A stretch of 64,000 bases of DNA from a virus: positions 1-64,000 of the IMG/VR virus record IMGVR_UViG_3300021962_000055; one strand, given 5' to 3'. Under the pieces are notes generated by a model. That model searched no databases, was not told the origin of the DNA, and saw only the letters and a list, made by a program, of their open reading frames with translations. The first letter of the stretch is position 1. Each line of letters opens with the position of its first letter. This document shows positions 9,061-17,487 of the stretch, in pieces. The translations under genes and the position numbers were made by a program.

Positions 9061-9293
9061 CCTTGTCGAGTAAGAGGTACATCTACTACACGTATGTTCG
9101 TGAGATCATCGTGTTGGCTGTTGCCTCCCGTACATTGATGTACGGAAATCACAACGTGTTTCAAGCACTGGCTTTGCTAGTCACTATCCACAGCATGGCC
9201 AAGCTGGTGCTAACAACTGTGTACGCACAGTGGCGTGCAGATAACAACTGGGACACAGAAGTTGATGTGCCTGACGACATCCTGAGGCGGTGA
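9048..9293 (+). CDS. small membrane protein
   Basis: Two hydrophobic segments. Confidence 0.5.
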   Translation: MPKVTLSSKRYIYYTYVREIIVLAVASRTLMYGNHNVFQALALLVTIHSMAKLVLTTVYAQWRADNNWDTEVDVPDDILRR

Positions 9294-9297
9294 CTAC

Positions 9298-10734
9298 ATG
9301 AGTACCCCAATACCTACGACCACGCTTCTTCCACACCAGGAGGAGGCTGTGGGCTTTGTCCTCGCCAACCAGCATGCTTATCTTGCCCTTGATATGGGCT
9401 TAGGTAAGACTGCTGTGGCCATCAGTGTCATCTCTCGTGTAGCTGAGCGTGGCCTTGCGCCAGCATTGGTGGTGGTGCCTCCATCCCTACGCACAACGTG
9501 GGTCAAGGAGGTAGCCAAGTTTGCGCCCCACCTGACTACCCATGTCATCAAGGGTATGCAGACTAACCCTCTGCCACTTGCTGACGTGTACATCATTGGT
9601 GACTCAGTCATCAGTGAGTGGGTAGACCCCAAGGATCCCAACTCACTGCTAGGTAAGTTCAGGGTGATCGTGGTAGACGAAGCGCATCGAGAGAAGAACT
9701 TCAGCGCCAGACGTACCAAGGCGGTCATGCGATTGGCCAACACAGTCAATGGCATACGGCTGCTCATGTCAGGTACCCCAGTACCTAACGGACGCAACCA
9801 GGAGATCGGTACTCAGATCGACATCCTTGGTGACAAGGCATGGAAGGCAATCGGCGGTAAGAGTAAGTTCTGGAACTACTACTGCCCTGTAGAGCGTGAC
9901 GCCAACGGCAAGCTAAACAAGTACGGTAAGCGTGCCAACATCGACTCGCTCGGGCTCCATGAGGCGCTGACGTCTTCGTTCATGCACCGTCGCAAACGTG
10001 GTGATGTCCTAAATCTGCCCAACAAGGGTCGCGCACCTTTGTACACCGAGGGTATGGGTAAGGCTGTCGACGACTATCTACTAGCCGAGCGTGACCTTAT
10101 CTCTTACCTGGCTGGTGAGGGTAAGAACTGGCGTGCGGCTGTACGTAACGAGGCGCTGGTAAAGATCACCACCATGCGCAAGCTCGCTGGTGAGTGCAAG
10201 GTCAAAGCCGTTATCGAACATGCCAAAGAGTTCCTTAACGACACAAAGCATAACGACGTACCCCCTGGCCTGTTCATCGTGGCTGAGCATCACAGTGTGA
10301 TGCAGCCGTTGTTTGAGGGGTTAGAGAGTTACGGTGCTGTCATGTACAACGGTTACATGAAAGACTTCGAGAAAGACGAATCGGTAGAGCTGTTCACCAA
10401 CGGTGATGCTCGGGTGCTCATCGGGCAGATCAAATCAGTTGGTGTAGGGCTTACCCTGCACGGTGGAGGGAGGAACCACAATGTAATCATCGCACAACTA
10501 CCTTGGTCGCCTGCGGATCTAACCCAGGCAGAGGACAGGTTGCACCGCATCGGGCAAATATCAGACGTTGATGTCGAGATATGCCTGGCCAGTATTGATG
10601 GCACCTGGACTATCGACGAACGCCTGTGGGCGCTTCTTGAACAGAAAGCGTTTTCATCAGGAGAGATCGTCGATGGTAAGGGAGAGTTCTTACTAGACGA
10701 ACTCCAGGACAGCCTCATCGACACCTACCGCTAG
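9298..10734 (+). CDS. SNF2-family (SF2) helicase/ATPase
   Basis: DMGLGKT, VVDEAH, MSGTP, GVGLTL, QAEDRLHRIGQ. Confidence 0.92.
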   Translation: MSTPIPTTTLLPHQEEAVGFVLANQHAYLALDMGLGKTAVAISVISRVAERGLAPALVVVPPSLRTTWVKEVAKFAPHLTTHVIKGMQTNPLPLADVYIIGDSVISEWVDPKDPNSLLGKFRVIVVDEAHREKNFSARRTKAVMRLANTVNGIRLLMSGTPVPNGRNQEIGTQIDILGDKAWKAIGGKSKFWNYYCPVERDANGKLNKYGKRANIDSLGLHEALTSSFMHRRKRGDVLNLPNKGRAPLYTEGMGKAVDDYLLAERDLISYLAGEGKNWRAAVRNEALVKITTMRKLAGECKVKAVIEHAKEFLNDTKHNDVPPGLFIVAEHHSVMQPLFEGLESYGAVMYNGYMKDFEKDESVELFTNGDARVLIGQIKSVGVGLTLHGGGRNHNVIIAQLPWSPADLTQAEDRLHRIGQISDVDVEICLASIDGTWTIDERLWALLEQKAFSSGEIVDGKGEFLLDELQDSLIDTYR

Positions 10735-10749
10735 TAGCTAGGAGAAACC

Positions 10750-10938
10750 ATGCCAATCATCAAGTCATCCTCCAAGGGTGAGCAACTCACCACGGTGATC
10801 TTCACGGAGCAGGAGATCAAGTCATTGATCCACCTGCTTGCCAGCGGGTCATTCAATGCCGACGACGAAACGTACGACGCAGTCGAGTCTTTGCAAGACA
10901 TGTTGTACGCATTCGCCATCGACGTTAATTACGTGTGA
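10750..10938 (+). CDS. hypothetical protein
   Basis: AGGAG RBS. Confidence 0.6.
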   Translation: MPIIKSSSKGEQLTTVIFTEQEIKSLIHLLASGSFNADDETYDAVESLQDMLYAFAIDVNYV

Positions 10939-10958
10939 CTTCGGTCACACGTAATTAA
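10925..10958. promoter_or_regulatory. perfect 15-bp inverted repeat with C(UUCG)G tetraloop
   Basis: TTAATTACGTGTGAC-TTCG-GTCACACGTAATTAA upstream of the second AAA gene. Confidence 0.65.
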
Positions 10959-11023
10959 TTGCAACGACCTACCTTATGCAGATAAGGTGGGGTACACCAC
11001 CAACAACAACAAGGAGAACCACA

Positions 11024-12229
11024 ATGGTTGCAGCCAAGGCCCTGCACAAGGGCATGTCTGTCATCGTCAACTCGGGACCTTTCAAGGGGCTGACGGCTAC
11101 GGTCATCAACCCCGAGGTGTTTCCCGACGGACACCCTGACCAGCGCAAGGTTGTTGTCGATATCAATGGCGTTGGGGAAGTCAACATCATCCCCAAGCAG
11201 TTGAACATCGGCACCGGCCTTACCCCCACGGTCAGCACGACGACCACCCACGACGAGCCTTACCTCAAGGCGCCCAAGGTGGTTTCGGCCACCACCCCCA
11301 TCACCTCCCTCGACGACCCGGCACTTGACCGTTGGCGTCCGTCCCGTCCCAACCTGCTCAAGGAGTACGTCAGCCGTACCCTTCCTGACGGCAAGATTGA
11401 CACCGACGTCATGCTCACTATGTGGCGTGACGCACGTGTCAACGGGTATGCCCCCAACGTTGGGCTTGTCGGTGACACCAGCACCGGTAAGACCATGCTC
11501 GTAGAAGTCATGGCCCATCTCGTCGCTAAGGAGATGGGGTTGTCCAAGCCCCTCCCCATCTTCCTGCTCGCGGGTGACAGCGCTATCACTGACCACGACA
11601 TGTTCGGCCAGTACCGTCCTGACGAGAACGGCGACCTGGTGTGGATGGAAGGCATCGTTGCGCTAGCCGCTAGGCTCGGCGGTATCTTGTACCTTGACGA
11701 AATCAATGCCATGCCTGGCAACGTTACGTCAGCCCTCCACCCTCTGTGTGACGACCGACGTCAGTTCGTCAACATCCGTCGCCCAGTCGATGACGGCCAC
11801 GGTGGCAAGATGGCCGAGGTTGTGTACGCCAGTCGTGACCTGTGGATCATCTCCACTTACAACCCCGGTTATGCAGGTATGTCTCGTACCAACGAGGCTT
11901 TCGCTGCCAGGTTTGAATGGTTGCCGTGGGATTACAACGACGACGTTGAGCGTAAGCTCATCAAGTCGCCTGCTATCCGACTGCTTGGCCAGGCACTGCG
12001 CAGTGCACGTGACACCCGTGCCATCTCCACTCCGGTGGGTACCTCTGCACTTCAGAGGCTCGAGCGCAACGTCGCACTCTTCGGAGTTGACTTCGCACTC
12101 TTCGCCTTTGCTGGGCGCTTTACCTCCAAGTCCGAGAAGGCTGTGGTTGACACCATCATCGAGGATCGTAGTATCCGAGTGATGCTCAACACCGAGGTGT
12201 CCTCACCCAAAGAACCAGACACCAACTGA
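11024..12229 (+). CDS. MoxR/CbbQ-type AAA+ ATPase (copy 2) with N-terminal KOW/SH3-like domain
   Basis: GDTSTGKT, LYLDEIN, TYNPGY, AFAARF; N-terminal VIVNSGPFKG KOW-like motif. Confidence 0.9.
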   Translation: MVAAKALHKGMSVIVNSGPFKGLTATVINPEVFPDGHPDQRKVVVDINGVGEVNIIPKQLNIGTGLTPTVSTTTTHDEPYLKAPKVVSATTPITSLDDPALDRWRPSRPNLLKEYVSRTLPDGKIDTDVMLTMWRDARVNGYAPNVGLVGDTSTGKTMLVEVMAHLVAKEMGLSKPLPIFLLAGDSAITDHDMFGQYRPDENGDLVWMEGIVALAARLGGILYLDEINAMPGNVTSALHPLCDDRRQFVNIRRPVDDGHGGKMAEVVYASRDLWIISTYNPGYAGMSRTNEAFAARFEWLPWDYNDDVERKLIKSPAIRLLGQALRSARDTRAISTPVGTSALQRLERNVALFGVDFALFAFAGRFTSKSEKAVVDTIIEDRSIRVMLNTEVSSPKEPDTN

Positions 12230-12241
12230 TAAGGAGTAACC

Positions 12242-14302
12242 ATGTCAATGTTTGAAGAGGTTATACCTCATAACGACGAAGACATAGATGATGACTCGCT
12301 GTCCCCCCAGCTAGCGGGTAGGCAAGTGATGACTCGTAAGGAGCTCATCAACTCTCGGGCCCGTATGCGTAATGCGGTTAACCGTGATGCCAAAGAAGCT
12401 GAAGAGCGTGCTCGCAACACTGCCTCGATGCTTCTTTCGTACAACGAGCGTGAGGACTGGTACCGCCAACGTAATGAACGGCGTAACAAATATGAGAGTG
12501 TTGCTTACGGCGTAACGAACATGGCCAACAAGGTGTTACAGAGCCTTGATATCAATGTTCCTCTGCGTGTCGATGCTGACCCACACACCCGCAGCTACGG
12601 CATCACCGACTACGAGTCAATCGACATAACGCTTCACATTCCGGAAAGCGATATCGATACCGTCAGCAACACAGAAGTGTTGTCCGACCTGGTGTTTAAA
12701 GCCAAGGGTATGGTGTACCACGAAGGTGGCCATATCATGTGGACCTACCCCTTTGACAACCTTGTCACGGAGGTTACGGGCATGATCGGTACGGACGGTT
12801 GTGCCTCCATCATCAAGTCGGTAATCGGTGAGTACGTAGCTAAGCATGCACCATCATTGCTTAGTGATTACACCGATATGGTGTCTAAGTACTCCATAAG
12901 CCATTTCATCACCCGCATGATGTTCCCAGCTTGGGGCGTACTTGAAGACCAACGCATGGAGACTGCCATGTGTTATACCTCACCAATCATGTCTCGGTAC
13001 TTCACCGAGATTGTGTTGGCATGCGTCATTGATCCGCAACACCCAGGTACTGCCTGGCCATGGGTTGCTGGGCGCACCTACTTGCCGAGCAACATCCGTC
13101 AACTTCTCAGAGAATTGGCTGAGACTAACGGGTTCAGCCAAGTCATCGACGACATAAACGAGCAAGTGTTCAAGTACCGTAAGTCAAACGATGTACTTGA
13201 GATGTTCGAATGTGTAGTTCGTATGTCTGAACTCATGTACATTTGGTATCAGGGGTGCCCTAGTGAAACCAAGCAGCCCCGCAACGAGCACGGTAGTAAG
13301 TCTGGTAGTGGTGGTGCTAAACAGTTGCCTGTTGTACCTAACCCATATGAACACGATATGGAGCAGCCCAACAAGGTCAAGGGTAGCCAATCCCCCAGCG
13401 AAGGCCAGGGAGAGGAACAGGACAAGGGCGAGGGTGACCCCCAATCCAGTGGTCCATCAACTTCCGGTGACCTAGCCAGTCAGTACGGCAAGCTTGCTGA
13501 CAACGAGCGTGCCAAGCAGGCCAACGCTACACGCAAAGACGAGGTTGACTCAGTGGCGTCTGATATCAACAAGCATCGCAATGCTGATATCAAACCGTAT
13601 GCTAACCCATACGCAATGTCATCCGATGAGGTAGAGAAGACCAAGGTTGTGGCTAACGGTATGATCTCGGTGCTTGAGTCGCTTCACTCACAGGTTGACC
13701 CCAGCTGGAGGTTCTACCAAGAGCATGGTGTGCTTGACCCCGTAGCGTTCAGCATGGCTGAGCCCGGTGATGACCGTTACTGGTCAGGCCTCGACGATAT
13801 CGGTGCTAATGGGCATAACCTTGCGGTGTCGATCTTGTTGGACGTATCGGGTTCCATGGGTGGCCATGCTGAGGAACTGTCTATATCAGCTATGGGTATT
13901 CGCAAGGCTTGTGAGTACTTCTCCATCCCGTGTACTATCACTACGTTCAGCGACTTAGCTAGGATGTTTGTTGAGGGAGACACCGAAGAGGCGGACTTCA
14001 TATCCATCTCCGTGGGCGGTGGCACTAACGTGTATGGTGCCATCAGTAAAATGCCTGACCAAACATACGGCAAGCAGAACCACTTAGTGCTCATCTTGAC
14101 TGACGGCGAATGGTCTGATGTCGAGGACATCCGACCGTGGGTTGACAACAACAAGTACATCATCTTGGTTGGCTTTAGGATGTACGACCAAGCAATCAAC
14201 AAGATGCGCAAGAAGGGTGCCAACGAGGTGATCAACATCAACGAACTCAGTAAGCTTCCTCAGCTTATGACTAGTGCGCTAGCTGGGTTCATGGCCAAAT
14301 GA
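12242..14302 (+). CDS. HExxH metallopeptidase-like + vWA domain protein (CobT-like partner)
   Basis: YHEGGH, LEDQRME, low-complexity linker, LLDVSGSM, GGT, ILTDG. Confidence 0.85.
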   Translation: MSMFEEVIPHNDEDIDDDSLSPQLAGRQVMTRKELINSRARMRNAVNRDAKEAEERARNTASMLLSYNEREDWYRQRNERRNKYESVAYGVTNMANKVLQSLDINVPLRVDADPHTRSYGITDYESIDITLHIPESDIDTVSNTEVLSDLVFKAKGMVYHEGGHIMWTYPFDNLVTEVTGMIGTDGCASIIKSVIGEYVAKHAPSLLSDYTDMVSKYSISHFITRMMFPAWGVLEDQRMETAMCYTSPIMSRYFTEIVLACVIDPQHPGTAWPWVAGRTYLPSNIRQLLRELAETNGFSQVIDDINEQVFKYRKSNDVLEMFECVVRMSELMYIWYQGCPSETKQPRNEHGSKSGSGGAKQLPVVPNPYEHDMEQPNKVKGSQSPSEGQGEEQDKGEGDPQSSGPSTSGDLASQYGKLADNERAKQANATRKDEVDSVASDINKHRNADIKPYANPYAMSSDEVEKTKVVANGMISVLESLHSQVDPSWRFYQEHGVLDPVAFSMAEPGDDRYWSGLDDIGANGHNLAVSILLDVSGSMGGHAEELSISAMGIRKACEYFSIPCTITTFSDLARMFVEGDTEEADFISISVGGGTNVYGAISKMPDQTYGKQNHLVLILTDGEWSDVEDIRPWVDNNKYIILVGFRMYDQAINKMRKKGANEVININELSKLPQLMTSALAGFMAK

Positions 14303-14340
14303 TCATCGTAAGCAGTAACACAACAGAAAGGGATATCATC

Positions 14341-14697
14341 ATGAATGATTCACTAGAAGACACCGCCAGGGAATACCTTGGTGTTAAGCGGGCAATCGAC
14401 GACTTGACCGAGAGGCTCAAGGGCCTTGATAAGTCCATCAAGCAGATGATGGTCGATCAAGACCTCAAGAAGCTCAGCCTCGATGGTAAGTCAATTAGCC
14501 TTGTGCAGTACCCACAACGATCCTTCAAGATCGACGAGCTGCGTAAGCTGATCTCGGCTTCTACCTTCAACTTGGTAACGGAGCCCAAAGTATCCACAGA
14601 GATGTTCGACTCAGCAGTCAATGTTGGCAAGATCTCTCAAGAAGTTGCTGACCAAGTCACCGTCAAGACTCCGGTGGCTCAACTCAGGGTCAAGTAA
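14341..14697 (+). CDS. coiled-coil phage protein (Gam/gp157-like architecture)
   Basis: N-terminal helix EY..K..ID.L; resembles the ORF at 37669. Confidence 0.6.
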   Translation: MNDSLEDTAREYLGVKRAIDDLTERLKGLDKSIKQMMVDQDLKKLSLDGKSISLVQYPQRSFKIDELRKLISASTFNLVTEPKVSTEMFDSAVNVGKISQEVADQVTVKTPVAQLRVK

Positions 14698-14706
14698 CAA
14701 GGCGTA

Positions 14707-14884
14707 AGGGCAAGATAACCGACCTCCCGCCTCTCACTCCTTTCTGAGGTGGAGCTTGCCCTCCCCTGGCCGAGTGACGCACAATGCCTCTGTAGGGTTT
14801 GTTGCGCCTGCAAGTCATAGTGCTACAGCACTTGGCCAGGGGTGAGTTCGGTTAGACTGAAGCACAGCGCAATCGTGGCGCTGT
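14707..14884 (+). ncRNA. candidate structured RNA upstream of the HNH gene
   Basis: Stems AGGGCAAG/CTTGCCCT, CCCCTGGCCGAGTG/CACTTGGCCAGGGG and ACAGCGC/GCGCTGT, plus long-range TAACCGA/TCGGTTA pairing. Confidence 0.45.
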
Positions 14885-14898
14885 CCAAAGGAGGGTCT

Positions 14899-15369
14899 AT
14901 GAGCCTGTGTCGTGGTCCGGTGTGTAACCGCAAAGTCGTATCAAAAGGGTTATGCGCTGCTCACTATAAGCAAATGCAACGAGATGGCGTGTTGCACGTC
15001 ATCGAAGATTCCAAGCTGCCAGAAGATAAGTTCTGGAAGAACATAAAAAAGACAGACGATGGGTGTTGGCTGTGGACAGGGCCTGTGGATAAGGGTTATG
15101 GCCGCATGTACGTGGGCAATAAGGCGTACCAAGTACACCGCTGGTCATATGAACAGCATAAGCACGTAAGCCTTACCAAGGCAGAGACATTAGATCACCT
15201 ATGCCGTAACACTACGTGCTGTAACCCAGAGCATCTCGAGAAGGTGTCGTTGATCGAGAACATCGAGAGGCAGCACCTGTACCACGCCCTTAACGCGGAG
15301 ATCAAACGCCTAAGGGATTTCCTAACCGATATCGGATACAACCCCGACACCTTACAAAAGGAGATGTAA
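14899..15369 (+). CDS. HNH endonuclease
   Basis: C..C..LC..HY zinc finger, FW, CWLWTG, GYG, HRWSY, DHLCRN..CCNPEHL. Confidence 0.9.
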   Translation: MSLCRGPVCNRKVVSKGLCAAHYKQMQRDGVLHVIEDSKLPEDKFWKNIKKTDDGCWLWTGPVDKGYGRMYVGNKAYQVHRWSYEQHKHVSLTKAETLDHLCRNTTCCNPEHLEKVSLIENIERQHLYHALNAEIKRLRDFLTDIGYNPDTLQKEM

Positions 15370-15623
15370 TGACCGAAGTAATCCATCCGCACAAGCTCGA
15401 TGAGTTTGACGACACTGAAGTGCAGGAGTACCTGCGTAACCCAAACAAATGCCCTTACTGCCGTAGTACGCACATCTGTAGGACCGGAGCTGACTGGGAG
15501 GAAGTTGACTTCGTTACCCACGTAATCAGGTGCTATGACTGCGAGCACCGGTGGGCCGAGGTATATAACCTCGTAGCTATCGAGCCCTACGGGGAAGACC
15601 CCTGCGACGACGAACCGTTCTGA
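15369..15623 (+). CDS. zinc-ribbon protein
   Basis: CPYC...CYDC. Confidence 0.65.
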   Translation: MTEVIHPHKLDEFDDTEVQEYLRNPNKCPYCRSTHICRTGADWEEVDFVTHVIRCYDCEHRWAEVYNLVAIEPYGEDPCDDEPF

Positions 15624-15643
15624 CAACAACAAGGAGAACCACC

Positions 15644-15865
15644 ATGAACACCAGACATTACTCACACCTTGACCACCTGATTGGCAAACGTGTGCGGCTT
15701 CAATATACAAATGACCCTTACACTGATTTGAAACAAGGTGATGAGGGGGTTGTCCAATTCATTGACGACCTTGGTACCGTTCACGTCAAGTGGGACAACG
15801 GTAGTTCAATGGGGCTTATCACCTCTGAAGGTGACCGGTTTGTTGTACTAAAAGAGGAGGAATGA
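15644..15865 (+). CDS. DUF4314-like protein
   Basis: GKRVRL..TNDPY..L..G..G.V.FIDDLGTVHVKWDNGSS.GL. Confidence 0.8.
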   Translation: MNTRHYSHLDHLIGKRVRLQYTNDPYTDLKQGDEGVVQFIDDLGTVHVKWDNGSSMGLITSEGDRFVVLKEEE

Positions 15866-16212
15866 TGTTTAGGTACCACGACGATGAGGATTACTACGAC
15901 CGCCCAGACCCGGTGTATGCCCGTGGCTGTAGATGTAACAGCCTGTCAGAAGAGCCGTGTAGCTACTGTCAGGGTGACTACACATGCCCTGGTGGGTGTG
16001 GACACTCAGCAGGTGACTGCCAGTGTCCCCCAGTATGGGACGATCTTTCTGAAGAAGACCAGATGAAAAGAATCAAAGAGGCATTTGAGTATCTGTGTGA
16101 CCGTGGCGAAGTGCCTTACGGGATCATGGTTGGAGACGATGGTACTTGGGACACTTACGACCCGGCTATCGAGTTGGCCGAAGAATGGTATGACCACGAA
16201 AGGGTAGGGTAA
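15862..16212 (+). CDS. Cys-rich acidic hypothetical protein
   Basis: Multiple Cys pairs; GAGGAGG RBS. Confidence 0.65.
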   Translation: MMFRYHDDEDYYDRPDPVYARGCRCNSLSEEPCSYCQGDYTCPGGCGHSAGDCQCPPVWDDLSEEDQMKRIKEAFEYLCDRGEVPYGIMVGDDGTWDTYDPAIELAEEWYDHERVG

Positions 16213-16214
16213 CA

Positions 16215-16646
16215 GTGCAAACGTTTGTGCCTTATGGCCCTAACTTCCTAGCTAACGCTCAATGCTTGGATAACAAACGACTGGGTAAGCAGCGAGTCGA
16301 GTGCCTGCAGATCCTTAACGCACTCACCGACCCTGCCGCCAAGGGTTGGCGCAACCACCCTGCCACACGCATGTGGGATGGTCATATCCCAGCTCTTGTG
16401 CTGTACGGTCGTGCCATGTGCGCTGAATGGACACGTAAAGGGTATAAGGATACGTGCGCTGACAAGATGCTTCAGCGTGCGGCTGATATGTGCATCGATC
16501 TGGAGTACCCCGTGTTGCCCAGTTGGTTATCGGATTACGAAGTAATGGAATCCCATAGGTCCAATTTAATTAGAAAGCTGCCAGACCACTACGGACTGAT
16601 GTGGCCGGGTCTCAGGGATGACTTGCCTTACAAGTGGCCTGTCTAA
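16215..16646 (+). CDS. pyrimidine-dimer DNA glycosylase-like protein (MSMEG_6728 family)
   Basis: MQTFVP, LD.KRLGKQRVE, HPA..MW, SHRSNL.RK, Y.WP. Confidence 0.85.
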   Translation: MQTFVPYGPNFLANAQCLDNKRLGKQRVECLQILNALTDPAAKGWRNHPATRMWDGHIPALVLYGRAMCAEWTRKGYKDTCADKMLQRAADMCIDLEYPVLPSWLSDYEVMESHRSNLIRKLPDHYGLMWPGLRDDLPYKWPV

Positions 16647-17041
16647 GCTAGCACTAGCTCTCTGATACGAGCCTTACCCCAACCATCCGTCTCAGTCCAT
16701 ATGGCGGTGTTAACCCCGTGCTCAGCTAGTAGCTCCTGGCATGCCTCGCACGGCTTGGCCAATCCGATAAGACCGCTCCTTGTTATCCTGGCAATGTAGA
16801 TTGTAGACCCTTGGGCGTCTCCTGCCTTACGCAGTGCTACTTGCTCAGCGTGGTACGAAACACCACCAGGTTCGACTTGTGCTGGGTCATTACGGTACCG
16901 ATTGAAACCGGTGCTAAGGACACGCCCACCACCAACAAGCACGGCCCCCACACGCCACTTATCGTGGGGGGCCATCAGTGCTTGTTGTGCAGCGACGTTT
17001 ATCCAGCGAAGATCAGACGTACTGATTTTGGGCATCAGCAA
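16643..17041 (-). CDS. cytidine/dCMP deaminase-fold protein
   Basis: VGAVLV, GFN, HAE and PCxxC zinc motifs. Confidence 0.85.
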   Translation of the reverse strand: MLMPKISTSDLRWINVAAQQALMAPHDKWRVGAVLVGGGRVLSTGFNRYRNDPAQVEPGGVSYHAEQVALRKAGDAQGSTIYIARITRSGLIGLAKPCEACQELLAEHGVNTAIWTETDGWGKARIRELVLA

Positions 17042-17474
17042 TCAGTTCCTCAGACTTTTCGATAGAGATACCGAGGTGGGTTGCTAGATCACTGACGATG
17101 CCTCTGGATGGAATCTTTTTAAAAGCGTTGAACTGCTTAAGGCATTTGATAACCACAGTTACCGGCATGCGACAATCAAGATTGTTGGTGTCCATGTTTC
17201 TGCGCTCCCTTGGAGCCAGGCCGCCGTATACACCGTGGTGTAGCCCATTCTCTATAGCAAAAGTCAAACACTCTTTGCGCACCGTGCATTTAGAGCAAAT
17301 CAATTTTGATTCGTTAACACAGGCTTGCATTAAGTGGGCTTCTTCTTTGGAAGGGAAAAAACATGAGGCCCCATGGCCCTTGCACGCAGCTTTCTGTCTC
17401 CACTTGTCGTCTCCCCATGAACGAAGTTGGGGAAGGTCTACCGACTTTTCAATGAGTTGTTCAGATGTGTTCAT
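17013..17474 (-). CDS. whiB: WhiB-family transcription factor with C-terminal HTH-like extension
   Basis: W...AAC, C..C.V...C, GVYGG. Confidence 0.88.
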   Translation of the reverse strand: MNTSEQLIEKSVDLPQLRSWGDDKWRQKAACKGHGASCFFPSKEEAHLMQACVNESKLICSKCTVRKECLTFAIENGLHHGVYGGLAPRERRNMDTNNLDCRMPVTVVIKCLKQFNAFKKIPSRGIVSDLATHLGISIEKSEELIADAQNQYV

Positions 17475-17487
17475 GTTGTGGTGAATC

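Larger units (their letters stand above)
252..11673. repeat. dispersed palindromic motif CTAG-YNR-CTAG (15 exact copies in this span)
   Basis: Copies start at 252, 539, 703, 1487, 2155, 2841, 3790, 4417, 5505, 5988, 6857, 7348, 8049, 10731 and 11663; one outlier at 22798. Confidence 0.9.

Noticed and set aside
252-11673. TAG reassignment or read-through as the explanation for the CTAG motifs
   Set aside because: TAG codons fall at plausible gene ends, long conserved genes have no internal TAG, and the motif also occurs out of frame inside genes
252-11673. CRISPR-like array or insertion-sequence target duplications
   Set aside because: Copies are only 11 bp, irregularly spaced and often inside intact genes; no transposase, terminal repeats or cas1/cas2 are present
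14707-15369. IscB/HEARO system or group I intron
   Set aside because: No RuvC or PLMP motifs, no interrupted host gene, and no recognisable group I core
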